From an uncultured Chloroflexia bacterium (GTDB lineage: Bacteria > Chloroflexota > UBA6077 > JACCZL01), in assembly GCA_963765765.1 (NCBI GenBank), contig CAVXYC010000001.1:64001-128000 (forward strand): 64,000 nt of DNA. The letters are read 5' to 3'. Position numbers and translations under genes: made by a program. Shown piece by piece: positions 16,868 to 26,965 of this stretch; the first letter of the stretch is position 1, and each line of letters starts with the position of its first letter. The notes under the pieces were generated by a model. The model was given only the letters and a program-made list of their open reading frames with translations, did not search any database and was not told the origin of the DNA.

Positions 16868-18736
16868 GTGCCATCACGATTGCTGACGGTGCTCGTGACA
16901 ATCGGTGGTGCGATGCCAACGGCCCGCGCTCAGGGTCTGGGCTCCGATCCTCGGTTCGGCGCAGTCCAGGCGATCGACGCGCCCCACAAAGGGGCTGAAG
17001 CAGGCGTGCGCTGGGAACGCATCATGTTCCCCTGGGCCATGATGCAGCCTTCATCGGCGGACGAGCTGCTTCCCACGTACTACAGCGACGATCGCATTGC
17101 CTCTCAGGCACAGAGTGGAGTCACGGAGGTCGGTGTCATTGTCTACACTCCGGCCTGGGCGGCGATCGATCCGAACCGCGGCTGGAGTGCCGTGCCTCGA
17201 GGTCTCGACCTTCCAATCTCGGACAGTCGCAACGTCTTCGCCCGGTTCGTCAGCCGTCTTGCAGAGAAGTATCGCGGCACGGTAGATCACTGGATCGTCT
17301 GGAATGAGCCCGATCTGGTGAATCTCGAAACGGGGATCTCCGGAAACTGGGCCGGCACCGAGCGTGAGCTCTGGCAGCTCCAGAAGACCGCCTATCTTGC
17401 CATCAAGCAGGCGAATCCAAACGCCACAGTCATGCTGCCCGGCTTCTCTTACTGGCATTCTAAGGAGATCGGAAAGCCGCAGTATCTGAAGCGTCTGCTG
17501 GACATCGCCGCCGGAGATAGTACGGCGCCACAGAACAACTGGTACTTCGATGGCGTCACAGCGCACGCTTATGGAAATCCGTTCAATTCCTTTGCGCTTC
17601 CGGAGATGTATCGACGAATACTGTCGGAGCGTGGCCTGGAGCGCAAGCCAATCTGGATCACCGAGGCCAACGTGATCCCGTGGGATGATCCCATTGGCGT
17701 GATTCCTCGGGAGCCCTGGCGCGCCACGATGGATGAGCAAGCGTCATTTGTTGTGGAGTCACTCGCCCTGGCGCTCGCAGCCAATGTGGAGCGCATGAAC
17801 TACTACAAGCTTCTGGACGAGCAAGCCGAGGACGGTCAGTTCTTCGGGCTGGTGCGCTCGGATGGCAGTACTCGCCCCGCGTATCGGGCGATGCAGACGG
17901 CCTTCAGCGCCTTTTCCGGAGTTACTAACGCTCGGCTCACCTGGGATGGAAGCGCTGATCCGCTTTCGGCTGCCGACATGAATCGGCTGATCGACTCACT
18001 GCAGCCACGATTCCAATTCGTCTGTCCCTGCCAGGTGGCGCAGGTGGCAATGGAGCGTGCCGGTCAGCGCATTACCGTATTGTGGAATACGGAGCCCAAG
18101 CCGCTTACGGCAGTGGTCCAGGCGGCCGGATCAAATGCTACGCTGCTGATGCCAAATGGCACGACGAGCCCGCTGGCGGCTCAAGGAGACGAGCTTCGGG
18201 TCTATCTTTCCGGCGCGCGCTCGGACACTGAGCCTCGTGACGGCAGCGTGCGACTGGTCGGTGGACGACCTGTAATCCTTGTTGAGGAACTCGGCTCAGG
18301 TGCGCGCTCGAGTCGGCCGCCTCGCGTTGAGGCGGCCACACGATACGGATCGGGCTTTAGCATTGCCAATCCACAATTCCTGGATTACGTTTCTCAGAAC
18401 GGCGGCGTGGAGAATGTGGGGCAGCCCGTCTCACGTGAATTCGATTTGTTTGGCGCTCCGACACAGATCTTTCAGCGTCGAATTCTCCAGCTTGGTGACG
18501 ATGGCTCAGTGCGGCCCCTGGATCTGGCGCAGCTCCGAATCAACCCGGGTGGAGAACAAAACGTAGGGGATCTTCTTCGATCCGCGTTGACCGGCCAGAA
18601 TCTCAACTCACAACAAGAAGCCGCCGTGCGAAACAGTCCAGCCCTTAGGCAATACGACCCCAGCCAATCAGCCGGCGTGCGCTCCACCTCAGCTCTCCCA
18701 CGCTCCAACCTGAAATACGCGTTCGAACCGGAGTAG
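16868..18736 (+). CDS. Secreted clan GH-A glycoside hydrolase (GH39/GH5-like) with C-terminal accessory domains
   Basis: Acid/base WNEPD, nucleophile WITEAN, FGLVRSDG; true start may be ATG 16828 with a frameshift in the signal peptide. Confidence 0.8.
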   Translation: MPSRLLTVLVTIGGAMPTARAQGLGSDPRFGAVQAIDAPHKGAEAGVRWERIMFPWAMMQPSSADELLPTYYSDDRIASQAQSGVTEVGVIVYTPAWAAIDPNRGWSAVPRGLDLPISDSRNVFARFVSRLAEKYRGTVDHWIVWNEPDLVNLETGISGNWAGTERELWQLQKTAYLAIKQANPNATVMLPGFSYWHSKEIGKPQYLKRLLDIAAGDSTAPQNNWYFDGVTAHAYGNPFNSFALPEMYRRILSERGLERKPIWITEANVIPWDDPIGVIPREPWRATMDEQASFVVESLALALAANVERMNYYKLLDEQAEDGQFFGLVRSDGSTRPAYRAMQTAFSAFSGVTNARLTWDGSADPLSAADMNRLIDSLQPRFQFVCPCQVAQVAMERAGQRITVLWNTEPKPLTAVVQAAGSNATLLMPNGTTSPLAAQGDELRVYLSGARSDTEPRDGSVRLVGGRPVILVEELGSGARSSRPPRVEAATRYGSGFSIANPQFLDYVSQNGGVENVGQPVSREFDLFGAPTQIFQRRILQLGDDGSVRPLDLAQLRINPGGEQNVGDLLRSALTGQNLNSQQEAAVRNSPALRQYDPSQSAGVRSTSALPRSNLKYAFEPE

Positions 18737-18821
18737 GAGTCCCGGCGGCGCGCGTTGCAGCGTTTCAGATACCATGAACGCGCCACCCTCGGCGCTTTAG
18801 GCGGCTACGCCTTTCCCACGT

Positions 18822-19640
18822 ATGGATTTCTTTCAAGCAATCGTTCTCGGCGCAGTTCAGGGTCTTACGGAATTTCTGCCCATCTCCAGTTCGGCACACC
18901 TGGTTCTCGTGCCCTGGCTGCTGGGCTGGCCACCCCATGGAATCGCCTTCGACGCGGCGCTACACATGGGAACCCTGGCTGCGCTGCTGCTCTACTTCTG
19001 GCGCGACTGGGTGAGCGTCATCCGAGCATTCATTCTCGGGATCACTGACAGTCGCGAGCGTAAGACGTTTGAGTATGGGCTCGCCTGGATGCTCATAGTC
19101 GGGTGCATTCCCGCCGCGGCAGTTGGATTCCTGGCCCAGGATTTCATCGAGTCCACCGTTAGGCAGCCATTTACGATTGCAGCGGTCATGGTGGTGTTTG
19201 CCATCGTATTGTTTGTGGCCGAGCGAGTCGGAATTCGCCGACGCGCTATGGAGCAGATCACCATAATGGACGCCCTGATGATCGGTGTGGCTCAGGCCAT
19301 TGCTCTGGTACCTGGGGTGTCGCGCTCGGGGATTACCATTACGGCGGCTCTATTGCTCGGCTTAACCCGCCCTGCCGCCGCGCGCTTCTCCTTCTTGCTT
19401 GCAACGCCAATAGTCCTGGCCGCCGGCTCATTGCAGGGAGTTCACCTCGCCCGCGGTGGCATGGATGGCGATGCCCTCACGGTGCTGCTTGCCGGTGTAC
19501 TTACCGCGGCAATTACCGGCATCGCAGCTATCTGGTTGCTCATGCGGTTCTTGCAACGCAACAGCACAGACGTCTTCGTCTGGTACCGCGTGGCCGCGGG
19601 ATTGTGCGTTTTCTTGATCGCGCTGGTGCACCCCGGCTGA
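18822..19640 (+). CDS. uppP: Undecaprenyl-diphosphate phosphatase
   Basis: VQGLTEFLPISSSAH and PGVSRSG signatures. Confidence 0.96.
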   Translation: MDFFQAIVLGAVQGLTEFLPISSSAHLVLVPWLLGWPPHGIAFDAALHMGTLAALLLYFWRDWVSVIRAFILGITDSRERKTFEYGLAWMLIVGCIPAAAVGFLAQDFIESTVRQPFTIAAVMVVFAIVLFVAERVGIRRRAMEQITIMDALMIGVAQAIALVPGVSRSGITITAALLLGLTRPAAARFSFLLATPIVLAAGSLQGVHLARGGMDGDALTVLLAGVLTAAITGIAAIWLLMRFLQRNSTDVFVWYRVAAGLCVFLIALVHPG

Positions 19641-19940
19641 CACCGCAGACGCCTTCTGCCACGAGATCGAGGACTGCACACTTCGCCCGGCCAGGTTGCG
19701 CAAAAATCGTGCGTCTTGCCCAAGCGTTCGGGGCCCATCGGTCAAGTATGATGGTCGAACCTTTCTGCTTGCGACCGACGCCGCTCGCTGAGCCACGGAT
19801 CGCTGCATGCGGACATTGCATCAACTTCACCACGCCGACACCCTGACCGAGCGAGCCTCCTGCATGGCTGATTCGGGCCGGATAGCTGATCGTGTCCCAG
19901 ACAATGGCTCACGGCGGATCAATCGGGAGTTGGCCTCCGG

Positions 19941-21413
19941 ATGACCGCCCCTCTGGATTCGCCCGAGCGCATTCCCGACTACGACACAGGCTCGTTCTGG
20001 GACGAAGTGTTCGAGTCAACGGGAATGCCGCGGTCGCAGTACGCGGGGCTCGCGCGACGGTTGGCCGGGCTGAACTCCGAAGAAGTCGGCCGCCGTCAAC
20101 GCATGGCTGAGCGATCATTTGAAGCGCGCGGCATCACCTTCGCCGTAGGCGCGGACCCATCGGGACCCGAGAAGATCATTCCCTTCGATCTCATTCCGCG
20201 AATCGTAGACGCGAAGGAATGGTCGCGCATCGAACGAGGTCTCGAACAGCGAGTCAGGGCGCTCAATTTATTCCTGCACGACATCTACCACGAGCAGCAC
20301 ATCCTTCAAGATGGAGCGGTTCCGGCCGAGCTCATCGTGGGCTCCCAAAGCTACCAGGTGGAGTGCCGTGAGCTCACCCCGCCACTCGGTGTCTACACGC
20401 ACATCGTTGGAAGTGACCTCGTGCGCGATGGCTCTGGCGAGCTGCACGTGCTGGAAGACAACCTTCGAACGCCATCGGGCGTCTCGTACGTCCTGGAGAA
20501 CCGCCGCGTGCTCAAACGTACCTGGCCGGAGATCTTCCATGACTATGATGTGCGACCTGTAGACGACTATCCGCAGGATCTTCTGGACATTCTGCGCGAC
20601 GTGGCCCCACCAGATCGGGGCGAGCCCACGGTGGCGCTTTTGACTCCGGGTGTCCACAACTCGGCCTTCTTCGAGCACGCGTTTCTGGCAAAGGCGATGG
20701 GTGTTGAGCTGGTTCAGGGGTCAGATCTGTTTATCGATGACGCCCAGCTCTTCATGCGCACTGTCCGCGGACCGGTGCGAATCGACGTGCTCTATCGTCG
20801 CGTGGATGACGATTTTCTCGATCCGCTCGCATTCAAACGCGATTCCATGCTGGGCGTCTCAGGTTTATTTGCCTCACACCGCATGGGACGACTGACCTTG
20901 GCGAACGCCGTGGGCACCGGCATCGCGGATGACAAGGCGGTGTACGCCTTTGTTCCGGACATCATTCGCTATTACACGGACGAGGATCCGATCCTCCCGA
21001 ACGTGCCCACTTATCGTCCCACCGACCCTTTGGAGCTGAGCTACGTCATCGAGCACATCAGCGAGCTCGTGGTGAAGGAAGTGGATGGGAGCGGCGGTTA
21101 TGGCATGCTGGTGGGCCCACAATCGACCCGCGCCGAGCAGGACGAATTCCGCGAGCGAGTTCGGGCAAACCCGCGCGGGTTCATTGCCCAGCCCACGTTA
21201 GCGCTTTCACGCCATCCGTGCTGGGTGGACGACCATATGGAAGGTCGCCACGTGGACCTACGTCCCTTTGTTCTCTTTGGCCGCGAAGTGCGTGTAACGC
21301 CCGGCGGCTTGACACGCGTCGCACTCCGCCGAGACTCACTCGTGGTCAATTCATCGCAGGGCGGAGGCGGGAAGGACACGTGGGTGCTGGACGAATCGAT
21401 GGAGCAGTTATGA
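19941..21413 (+). CDS. Circularly permuted type 2 ATP-grasp protein
   Basis: PFDLIPR, EDNLRTPSGVSY, YRRVDDDFLDP, GSGGYGM, VVNSSQGGGGKDTW. Confidence 0.93.
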   Translation: MTAPLDSPERIPDYDTGSFWDEVFESTGMPRSQYAGLARRLAGLNSEEVGRRQRMAERSFEARGITFAVGADPSGPEKIIPFDLIPRIVDAKEWSRIERGLEQRVRALNLFLHDIYHEQHILQDGAVPAELIVGSQSYQVECRELTPPLGVYTHIVGSDLVRDGSGELHVLEDNLRTPSGVSYVLENRRVLKRTWPEIFHDYDVRPVDDYPQDLLDILRDVAPPDRGEPTVALLTPGVHNSAFFEHAFLAKAMGVELVQGSDLFIDDAQLFMRTVRGPVRIDVLYRRVDDDFLDPLAFKRDSMLGVSGLFASHRMGRLTLANAVGTGIADDKAVYAFVPDIIRYYTDEDPILPNVPTYRPTDPLELSYVIEHISELVVKEVDGSGGYGMLVGPQSTRAEQDEFRERVRANPRGFIAQPTLALSRHPCWVDDHMEGRHVDLRPFVLFGREVRVTPGGLTRVALRRDSLVVNSSQGGGGKDTWVLDESMEQL

Positions 21414-21484
21414 CGCTTCGCGGGAGTACTGCCCAGCACAAGGCGACGGCTCGTACAACGCACGTGTCGTTGGTGGAGCGATAA
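21410..21484 (+). CDS. Candidate 24-aa peptide MTLRGSTAQHKATARTTHVSLVER
   Basis: ATG overlaps the ATP-grasp stop (ATGA); GGAG 5 nt upstream; stop lies 3 nt before the alpha-E start. Confidence 0.4.
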   Translation: MTLRGSTAQHKATARTTHVSLVER

Positions 21485-21487
21485 CTC

Positions 21488-22492
21488 ATGCTGTGTCGAG
21501 TGGCTGAAGATCTGTTCTGGATGAGCCGCGACGTGGAGCGCGCGATATCCACCGGGCGGATTATCGACGTGATGATGCACCTGGAGCTGGACGCGGGGCC
21601 CGAGCGCGAGGTCGCCTCCAGCATCTGGGGCGCCCTCACCCCGGGCCCCCAGAATGGTCTCGACTCGTCCGGTGATGCCATGTCCCTCCAGCGATATCTA
21701 GCGAATGAGCACGACAATCCCAATTCCATGGCAGCCTGTCTGCGGCGTGCCCGAACAAATGCACGCGGCGTTCGCGACACGATCTCGAGTGAGATGTGGG
21801 AGCAGATCAATCGGGTCTACCTCTCGCTCGTAGCGCCAGGCTTCGCCGTTGCCTCAGACGACAACCCGCAAGGCTATTTCTCAACCGTTCGCGAGGGGCT
21901 GCACTTTTTTCAAGGCCTGGTGGACAGCACACTTGCACGCGATGAGGCGTGGCTGTTCCTCTCGTTGGGTAAATATCTCGAGCGAGCCAACGCCGTCACG
22001 CGCATCGTGGCGGCCGAGGCGCCGTTCCTCCTTGGCGAAGAAGGGACGGACGATGAGGCGGTACGCTGGTTGGCCATTCTTCGCACGTGCGGCTCTGGCG
22101 AGGCGTACGCGCGCCACTATGCCATGCGCGTCGAGCCGGCCCGGGTGCTCGAGTTCCTGCTTTTGAATCCGACGTTTCCTCAATCAGTACGCTTTGCGAT
22201 CGCCAGCGCCCACGATGCGCTGACGGCGCTGTCGGGATCAAACCTGACCGGGGAGCGCGCTCCCAGACCGGTCCGTACGCTGGGCCGACTGCGTGCCCAG
22301 CTCGAGCACAGCGCCGTTGACGAGATTTTGGAAGACGGTCTGCCTGTCTTCCTGAGAGAAGTGCTGGCTAGCATCGCGGCAGCCAGCAATCAGATTGCCC
22401 AGACGTATTTTCAAGAAGGTCTGGCGGCGGCGTCCGAGCCCGCCGCCACGCGAGCCGCCGTCATTATGGCCGCTCACCAGCAACAGCAGTAA
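21488..22492 (+). CDS. Alpha-E domain protein
   Basis: MLCRVAEDLFWMSRDVERA, ISSEMWE, GKYLERA, FPQSVRF; ends HQQQQ. Confidence 0.92.
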   Translation: MLCRVAEDLFWMSRDVERAISTGRIIDVMMHLELDAGPEREVASSIWGALTPGPQNGLDSSGDAMSLQRYLANEHDNPNSMAACLRRARTNARGVRDTISSEMWEQINRVYLSLVAPGFAVASDDNPQGYFSTVREGLHFFQGLVDSTLARDEAWLFLSLGKYLERANAVTRIVAAEAPFLLGEEGTDDEAVRWLAILRTCGSGEAYARHYAMRVEPARVLEFLLLNPTFPQSVRFAIASAHDALTALSGSNLTGERAPRPVRTLGRLRAQLEHSAVDEILEDGLPVFLREVLASIAAASNQIAQTYFQEGLAAASEPAATRAAVIMAAHQQQQ

Positions 22493-22495
22493 ATC

Positions 22496-23335
22496 GTGCG
22501 TACGCTCATCTCCCACATCACGCGGCTCGAGTACGACGCCGAAGTCACAGAGTCCGTCATCGACGTCCGTCTCGGCCCGCTTTCCGACCAGGATCAGAAC
22601 TGGACTCGTTTCGACCTTCGCGTGCGACCAACGGCGGGAAATCGATCGTATCTCGACGGTCTGGGCAACACCTCACGACTGATCACGGTAGCCAGGCCGC
22701 ACCAATTTCTGGAGATCGCCGCCCGGCACGAAGTCCACACGGTGCTCGCCGATCCGTTCGCCATGCCCGGCAGAGCCACCCGCCCCGCTCGCTCCGACGG
22801 AGCGCATTCAGCTCCTGGCGCCCTCCGCGCTGGTGAAAATCAGCGACGATGTATTGAGTCTGGCCGAGCCACATCGGCCGCGCGACCCCAGAGGACACGC
22901 TGGAGTCGGTCCAGGCACTCATGGAGCTCGTACACGATCAGCTCGAATACGAGACTGGCTACACCACAGTGACCACAACACTGCATGAAGTGCTGGAGCA
23001 CAAGCGCGGCGTCTGCCAGGATTTTACGCATGTACTCATTGGTCTGTGCCGGGCCGTCGGACATCCCAGCGCGCTATGTGAGCGGCTACATCATCACCAC
23101 GCCTGACTCGGATCGCCGAGGCGGGGCCGCGTCACATGCCTGGGTGGAAGCGTATACACCCACTCATGGCTGGCGCGGATTCGATCCCACGAATAACGTG
23201 CTGGCAAGCCTCTACCACGTAAAGATGGCGCGCGGACGCGATTACGCGGATGTTCCTCCCACCCGCGGCACCTATCGTGGCGTGTCGAAAGAGACGCTCA
23301 CCGTCCACGTTGAGACATCCGCCGAGACAGAGTAG
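22496..23335 (+). CDS. Transglutaminase family protein (several frameshifts, probably assembly errors)
   Basis: N-terminal ISHITRLEY; catalytic GVCQDFTH, ARYVSGY, SHAWVE, FDPTN, GRDYADVPP spread over different frames. Confidence 0.88.
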
Positions 23336-23662
23336 CTATTGTGGACGCGGCAATCTTCGCCGCCTTCTCGCGAAGCTGAAAGCCGACCTCCACGTCGCTC
23401 CGCTCGGTGTGAAATCCGGCACTAGCCGCGGTCCCAAGCTGCTCGGCGCCCAATGAAGTGCTTCGTAGCGCAACTGAGCGCCAATTGGCGATGCCTCACA
23501 GCTAATGAGCGCTATTTCGTAGCGCAACCGAGAGCCAAATTCACGGGTCGACACGCCGACCATCGTATTTATTAGGGAACGTCCGGAGCCCTCTCGGGGG
23601 AACGGCGCCGTCCGCAAGGCGGGGTCGTCGTTGGGGCTTCGGGCGTTCACATCATCGTTCAA
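23336..23662 (-). CDS. Hypothetical protein with repeated GxxLRYE motif
   Basis: TTG start with GAGG upstream; FGSRLRYE / IGAQLRYE encoded by a 54-nt-period DNA repeat. Confidence 0.35.
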   Translation of the reverse strand: MNDDVNARSPNDDPALRTAPFPREGSGRSLINTMVGVSTREFGSRLRYEIALISCEASPIGAQLRYEALHWAPSSLGPRLVPDFTPSGATWRSAFSFARRRRRLPRPQ

Positions 23663-23818
23663 CTGGCTCGCCTCAACGATCAGGGCGGTCTGCTAATGCC
23701 TTCTGGAACTGTGCATACCTTGCGGCAGCGTTTCGGTTGCTATCCCCGTTTGGAACGGTTGTGGCAACAGACCTCGCCAGTCGGGCTCATGCCATACTGA
23801 GTCTGGAGGATGCCCATC

Positions 23819-24934
23819 GTGATCGTCGGAGTACCCACCGAGACAAAGGACAATGAGCGCCGCGTTGCGTTGACGCCGACCGGCGTCGCGGCGTTGAGAG
23901 ACGCGGGGCATACGGTGCTGATCCAGTCTGCGGCGGGTGACGGCAGCGGCTTCTCGGACGATGAGTTCAAGATCGCCGGCGCCAGGATCGTGTCCACCGC
24001 GGCTGACGCATGGGCTGCCGAGATGGTGATCAAAGTCAAGGAGCCGCTCCCCTCGGAATACGATTTCCTGCGCGCGAATCAGATTGTTTTTACCTATCTT
24101 CACCTGGCGCCCGAGCCAGAGCTGACTCGGCGCCTTCTGGCGGCGGGTACGATTGGCATCGCCTACGAGACCGTTCGAGAGGCGAATGGCTCACTGCCGA
24201 TTCTGATTCCAATGAGTGAGGTTGCCGGCCGCATGGCGGTTCAGATCGGTGCGCAGTTCCTCACTCACATGCAGGGTGGCCGTGGAACACTACTCGGCGG
24301 CGTTCCAGGTGTTGCCCCCGGACGCGTCGTCGTTCTGGGAGCCGGGACAGTCGGGACGTACGCTACGCGTATCGCACTCGGCATGGGCGCCGACGTGACG
24401 GTGATCGATCGGAATCTTGATCGTCTGCGCCAGCTCGATCTAGACCTTTCCGGGCGGCTCACTACCGTGGCCTCGAACACCGCGGCGATCGCTCAGGCGG
24501 TGGCTTCCGCGGACCTCGTTGTCGGAGCTGTGCTGGTGGCTGGCGGGAAGGCGCCCGTGATTGTCACAGAGGATATGGTGCGCGCCATGCCGCGCGGGTC
24601 AGTGATCGTGGATGTCGCCGTGGATCAAGGCGGATGCATCGCAACTACGCGGCCTACCAGCCATAGCGAGCCTACCTTCGTCAAACACGGTGTCGTCCAC
24701 TATTGCGTCGCGAACATCCCTGGAGCGGTTCCGCGGACCTCGACGTTTGCGCTGAGCAATGCCAGCCTCCCATACGCGCTCCAACTGGCAAGGAGCACAC
24801 CTGAAACAGCTCTTCGGGAGTCTCCGGCCCTGGCCGCGGGAGTAAACACATTCCGCGGAGCGCTTACAAACGGGGCTGTCGCCGATTCTCTCGGGCTGCC
24901 CTTTACTCCCCTGGAAGATGTCCTGAGAGTATGA
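23819..24934 (+). CDS. ald: Alanine dehydrogenase
   Basis: GVPTETKDNERRVALTP, KVKEP, FTYLHLA, MSEVAGR, DVAVDQGG, NIPGAVPRTST; GGAGG SD before GTG. Confidence 0.96.
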   Translation: MIVGVPTETKDNERRVALTPTGVAALRDAGHTVLIQSAAGDGSGFSDDEFKIAGARIVSTAADAWAAEMVIKVKEPLPSEYDFLRANQIVFTYLHLAPEPELTRRLLAAGTIGIAYETVREANGSLPILIPMSEVAGRMAVQIGAQFLTHMQGGRGTLLGGVPGVAPGRVVVLGAGTVGTYATRIALGMGADVTVIDRNLDRLRQLDLDLSGRLTTVASNTAAIAQAVASADLVVGAVLVAGGKAPVIVTEDMVRAMPRGSVIVDVAVDQGGCIATTRPTSHSEPTFVKHGVVHYCVANIPGAVPRTSTFALSNASLPYALQLARSTPETALRESPALAAGVNTFRGALTNGAVADSLGLPFTPLEDVLRV

Positions 24935-24967
24935 TCGGCGACGGTCAGGCTTGAGCAGGAGGTACCG

Positions 24968-25718
24968 ATGAGCCGCGAATACCGCATTGGACTGCTTGTT
25001 CCCTCATCCAACACGACCGTGGAGCCGGAGTTCTATCGCGCGTTGCCCGATGACGTGACTGTTCATTGCGCCCGCATGTTCCTCCAGCAGATCAACGCGG
25101 ATTCCATTCAGCGTACCGCTGAGGACGTTGAGCGCGAGAGTCAGGGGCTGGCCTCCGCGGATGTTGACGTGGTGGTACTCGGCGCCACCGCGCCCAGCTT
25201 CATCAACGGCCTGGGATATGACCGTGAAATGTGCACGTCGGATTGAGCGAGCGTGCGGGAAACCGGCCGTCACCACCTCCAGTGGCCTCATCGATGCACT
25301 GAGTGAGATGGGGATCAGGCGTATCTCGCTGGGTTCTGCCTATCCCGAGGCCATCAACGAAGTTTGCGCTAACTTCCTGAGCGCAAATGGCCTGGATATC
25401 GTGGCGATGGACGGATTGGGCATTGAGGACAACCTGATCGTGGGTCGCCTATCCGCGGAGACCGCGTATGAGATGGGCCGATCCATCGATCGTCCGGAAT
25501 CAGAAGCGATCGTCCTGGCCTGCACCAACTGGCGCAGTATGGCCATCGTCGAGCGACTCGAACACGACCTGTGCAAACCCGTGCTCAGCACCACCCAGGT
25601 CAGCATCTGGGCCGCGCTGCGGCGCATCGGCTACCCGTTCAACATCAGCGGGTACGGGCAGTTGCTGGCGGAGCGTGTGGCGCCGGCCGCCAACGTGCCC
25701 GCGGTACCCTCACCCTAA
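24968..25718 (+). CDS. Maleate cis-trans isomerase / Asp-Glu racemase family protein (frameshift near 25230)
   Basis: RIGLLVPSSNTTVEPEF N-terminus; LACTNW and KPVLSTTQ in the second frame. Confidence 0.85.
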
Positions 25719-25805
25719 CCCTCTCCCAAAGGGCGAGGGAACAGGTCAAGCCCGATATCGACTAACGCAGTTCCCTCGCCCTTTGGGGGAGGGTTAGGGT
25801 GAGGG
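25707..25805. repeat. Inverted pair of CCCTCACCCTAACCCTCTCCC-type REP-like units (family B)
   Basis: CCCTCACCCTAACCCTCTCCCAAAGGGCGAGGGAAC ... GTTCCCTCGCCCTTTGGGGGAGGGTTAGGGTGAGGG. Confidence 0.85.
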
Positions 25806-25830
25806 CGGCGCGAAATCCCCCAGCAAACCT

Positions 25831-26730
25831 CTACCCCGCCACGCCGATGCGGTTATCCACTAGCTCCTCATATGCCGCGTCCGGTCGGGCGAGGCCCCAG
25901 CTCACGAGCCAGGCGCGCGTCTTCTCGAACTCCTCCGCGGGGTAGGGACGAGGGTCCACGTAGCGGAGCCGAGACAGACGGAAGTCGTCCGCGGTTAGAG
26001 GACCAAATTCGTCGGGCACGTCGGCAATCAGGTAGTGAAGATATTTCTTCTTATCGGCGTTGATCAGCTTTACGGCTCCGCGAATGGCTCGATCGATCGC
26101 TTCGAGCGTATCGGTATCCATGCCGGGCGCGGCCATCTCAGAACCGGCGTAGTGTCCCTCGATAATCAAGTTGCAGCCGTCGCGCTCGGCGATGGCAATG
26201 TACGGCTCCATCAACGCGGCAGCGTCCACGGTGCCATCAAGCATCGCCTTATAGCGCAACGCCGCCTGGCCCAGGTGCACCACCTTGATCTCGTCGCGAT
26301 CCATGAATCCCTCGAGCATCTGGAGCGTCAGGTAGTGCGAGCCGGCGTGGAAATTGACCGCGACTGTCTTGTTGCGCAGGTCCTGCGGATGCGTGAGCGG
26401 GGAATCGGGCCGGACGAAGATGCCCTGGCTGGCCACCGATGGCCGCAATGAGATCATGCGCCCGCCGATCTCGCTATCGTCGGAGCGGCGGATCTGACCC
26501 CACTCGCACGCGCTGAAGAAGTCCGCGCCTTGCTCTTCGAACGGCTTGTGTCGCCAGAACGGATCGATCTTGGTCGGATCGGTCTCAGGCGCTCGGTTCG
26601 GGTCCCAGAGGTGGCCTTTCACAAACTCGACGTCGAGTCCCTCCTTCTCGAAGAGGCCCTCCTCCGCGGCCACCAGCCACGGGAGATTGAACACAGCCTG
26701 GGCGTACTCGCTGACGATCTTGCGTGGCAT
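25831..26730 (-). CDS. NitT/TauT (SsuA/THI5-like) ABC substrate-binding protein without a signal peptide
   Basis: LPWLVAAEEGLFEKEGLDVEF, DLRNKTVAV, GTVDAAALMEP. Confidence 0.8.
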   Translation of the reverse strand: MPRKIVSEYAQAVFNLPWLVAAEEGLFEKEGLDVEFVKGHLWDPNRAPETDPTKIDPFWRHKPFEEQGADFFSACEWGQIRRSDDSEIGGRMISLRPSVASQGIFVRPDSPLTHPQDLRNKTVAVNFHAGSHYLTLQMLEGFMDRDEIKVVHLGQAALRYKAMLDGTVDAAALMEPYIAIAERDGCNLIIEGHYAGSEMAAPGMDTDTLEAIDRAIRGAVKLINADKKKYLHYLIADVPDEFGPLTADDFRLSRLRYVDPRPYPAEEFEKTRAWLVSWGLARPDAAYEELVDNRIGVAG

Positions 26731-26965
26731 AGCGTCTCCCTCGTGCGCCGAAATTTCGGCACGGTCCCTTGAGTGAAACTCTAGTGACCCTACTCAGGCA
26801 GCGTCAACCGCGACGAAATGGGGCCGACCACGATCTCAGAGAGATGTGCCAGGCACGTTGGCCGGAGGGTGATTGCTGTTGGTCTGCCACTGGCGAAGCC
26901 TACAATGATTGGCGGCTCATTGTTTGGTTCGACACCGCTTTGATCCGTTCTCGTAGGAGGTTGCC

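Noticed and set aside
23462-23541. Mini CRISPR array
   Set aside because: Only two imperfect ~25-nt repeats, no cas genes, and the period is codon-compatible
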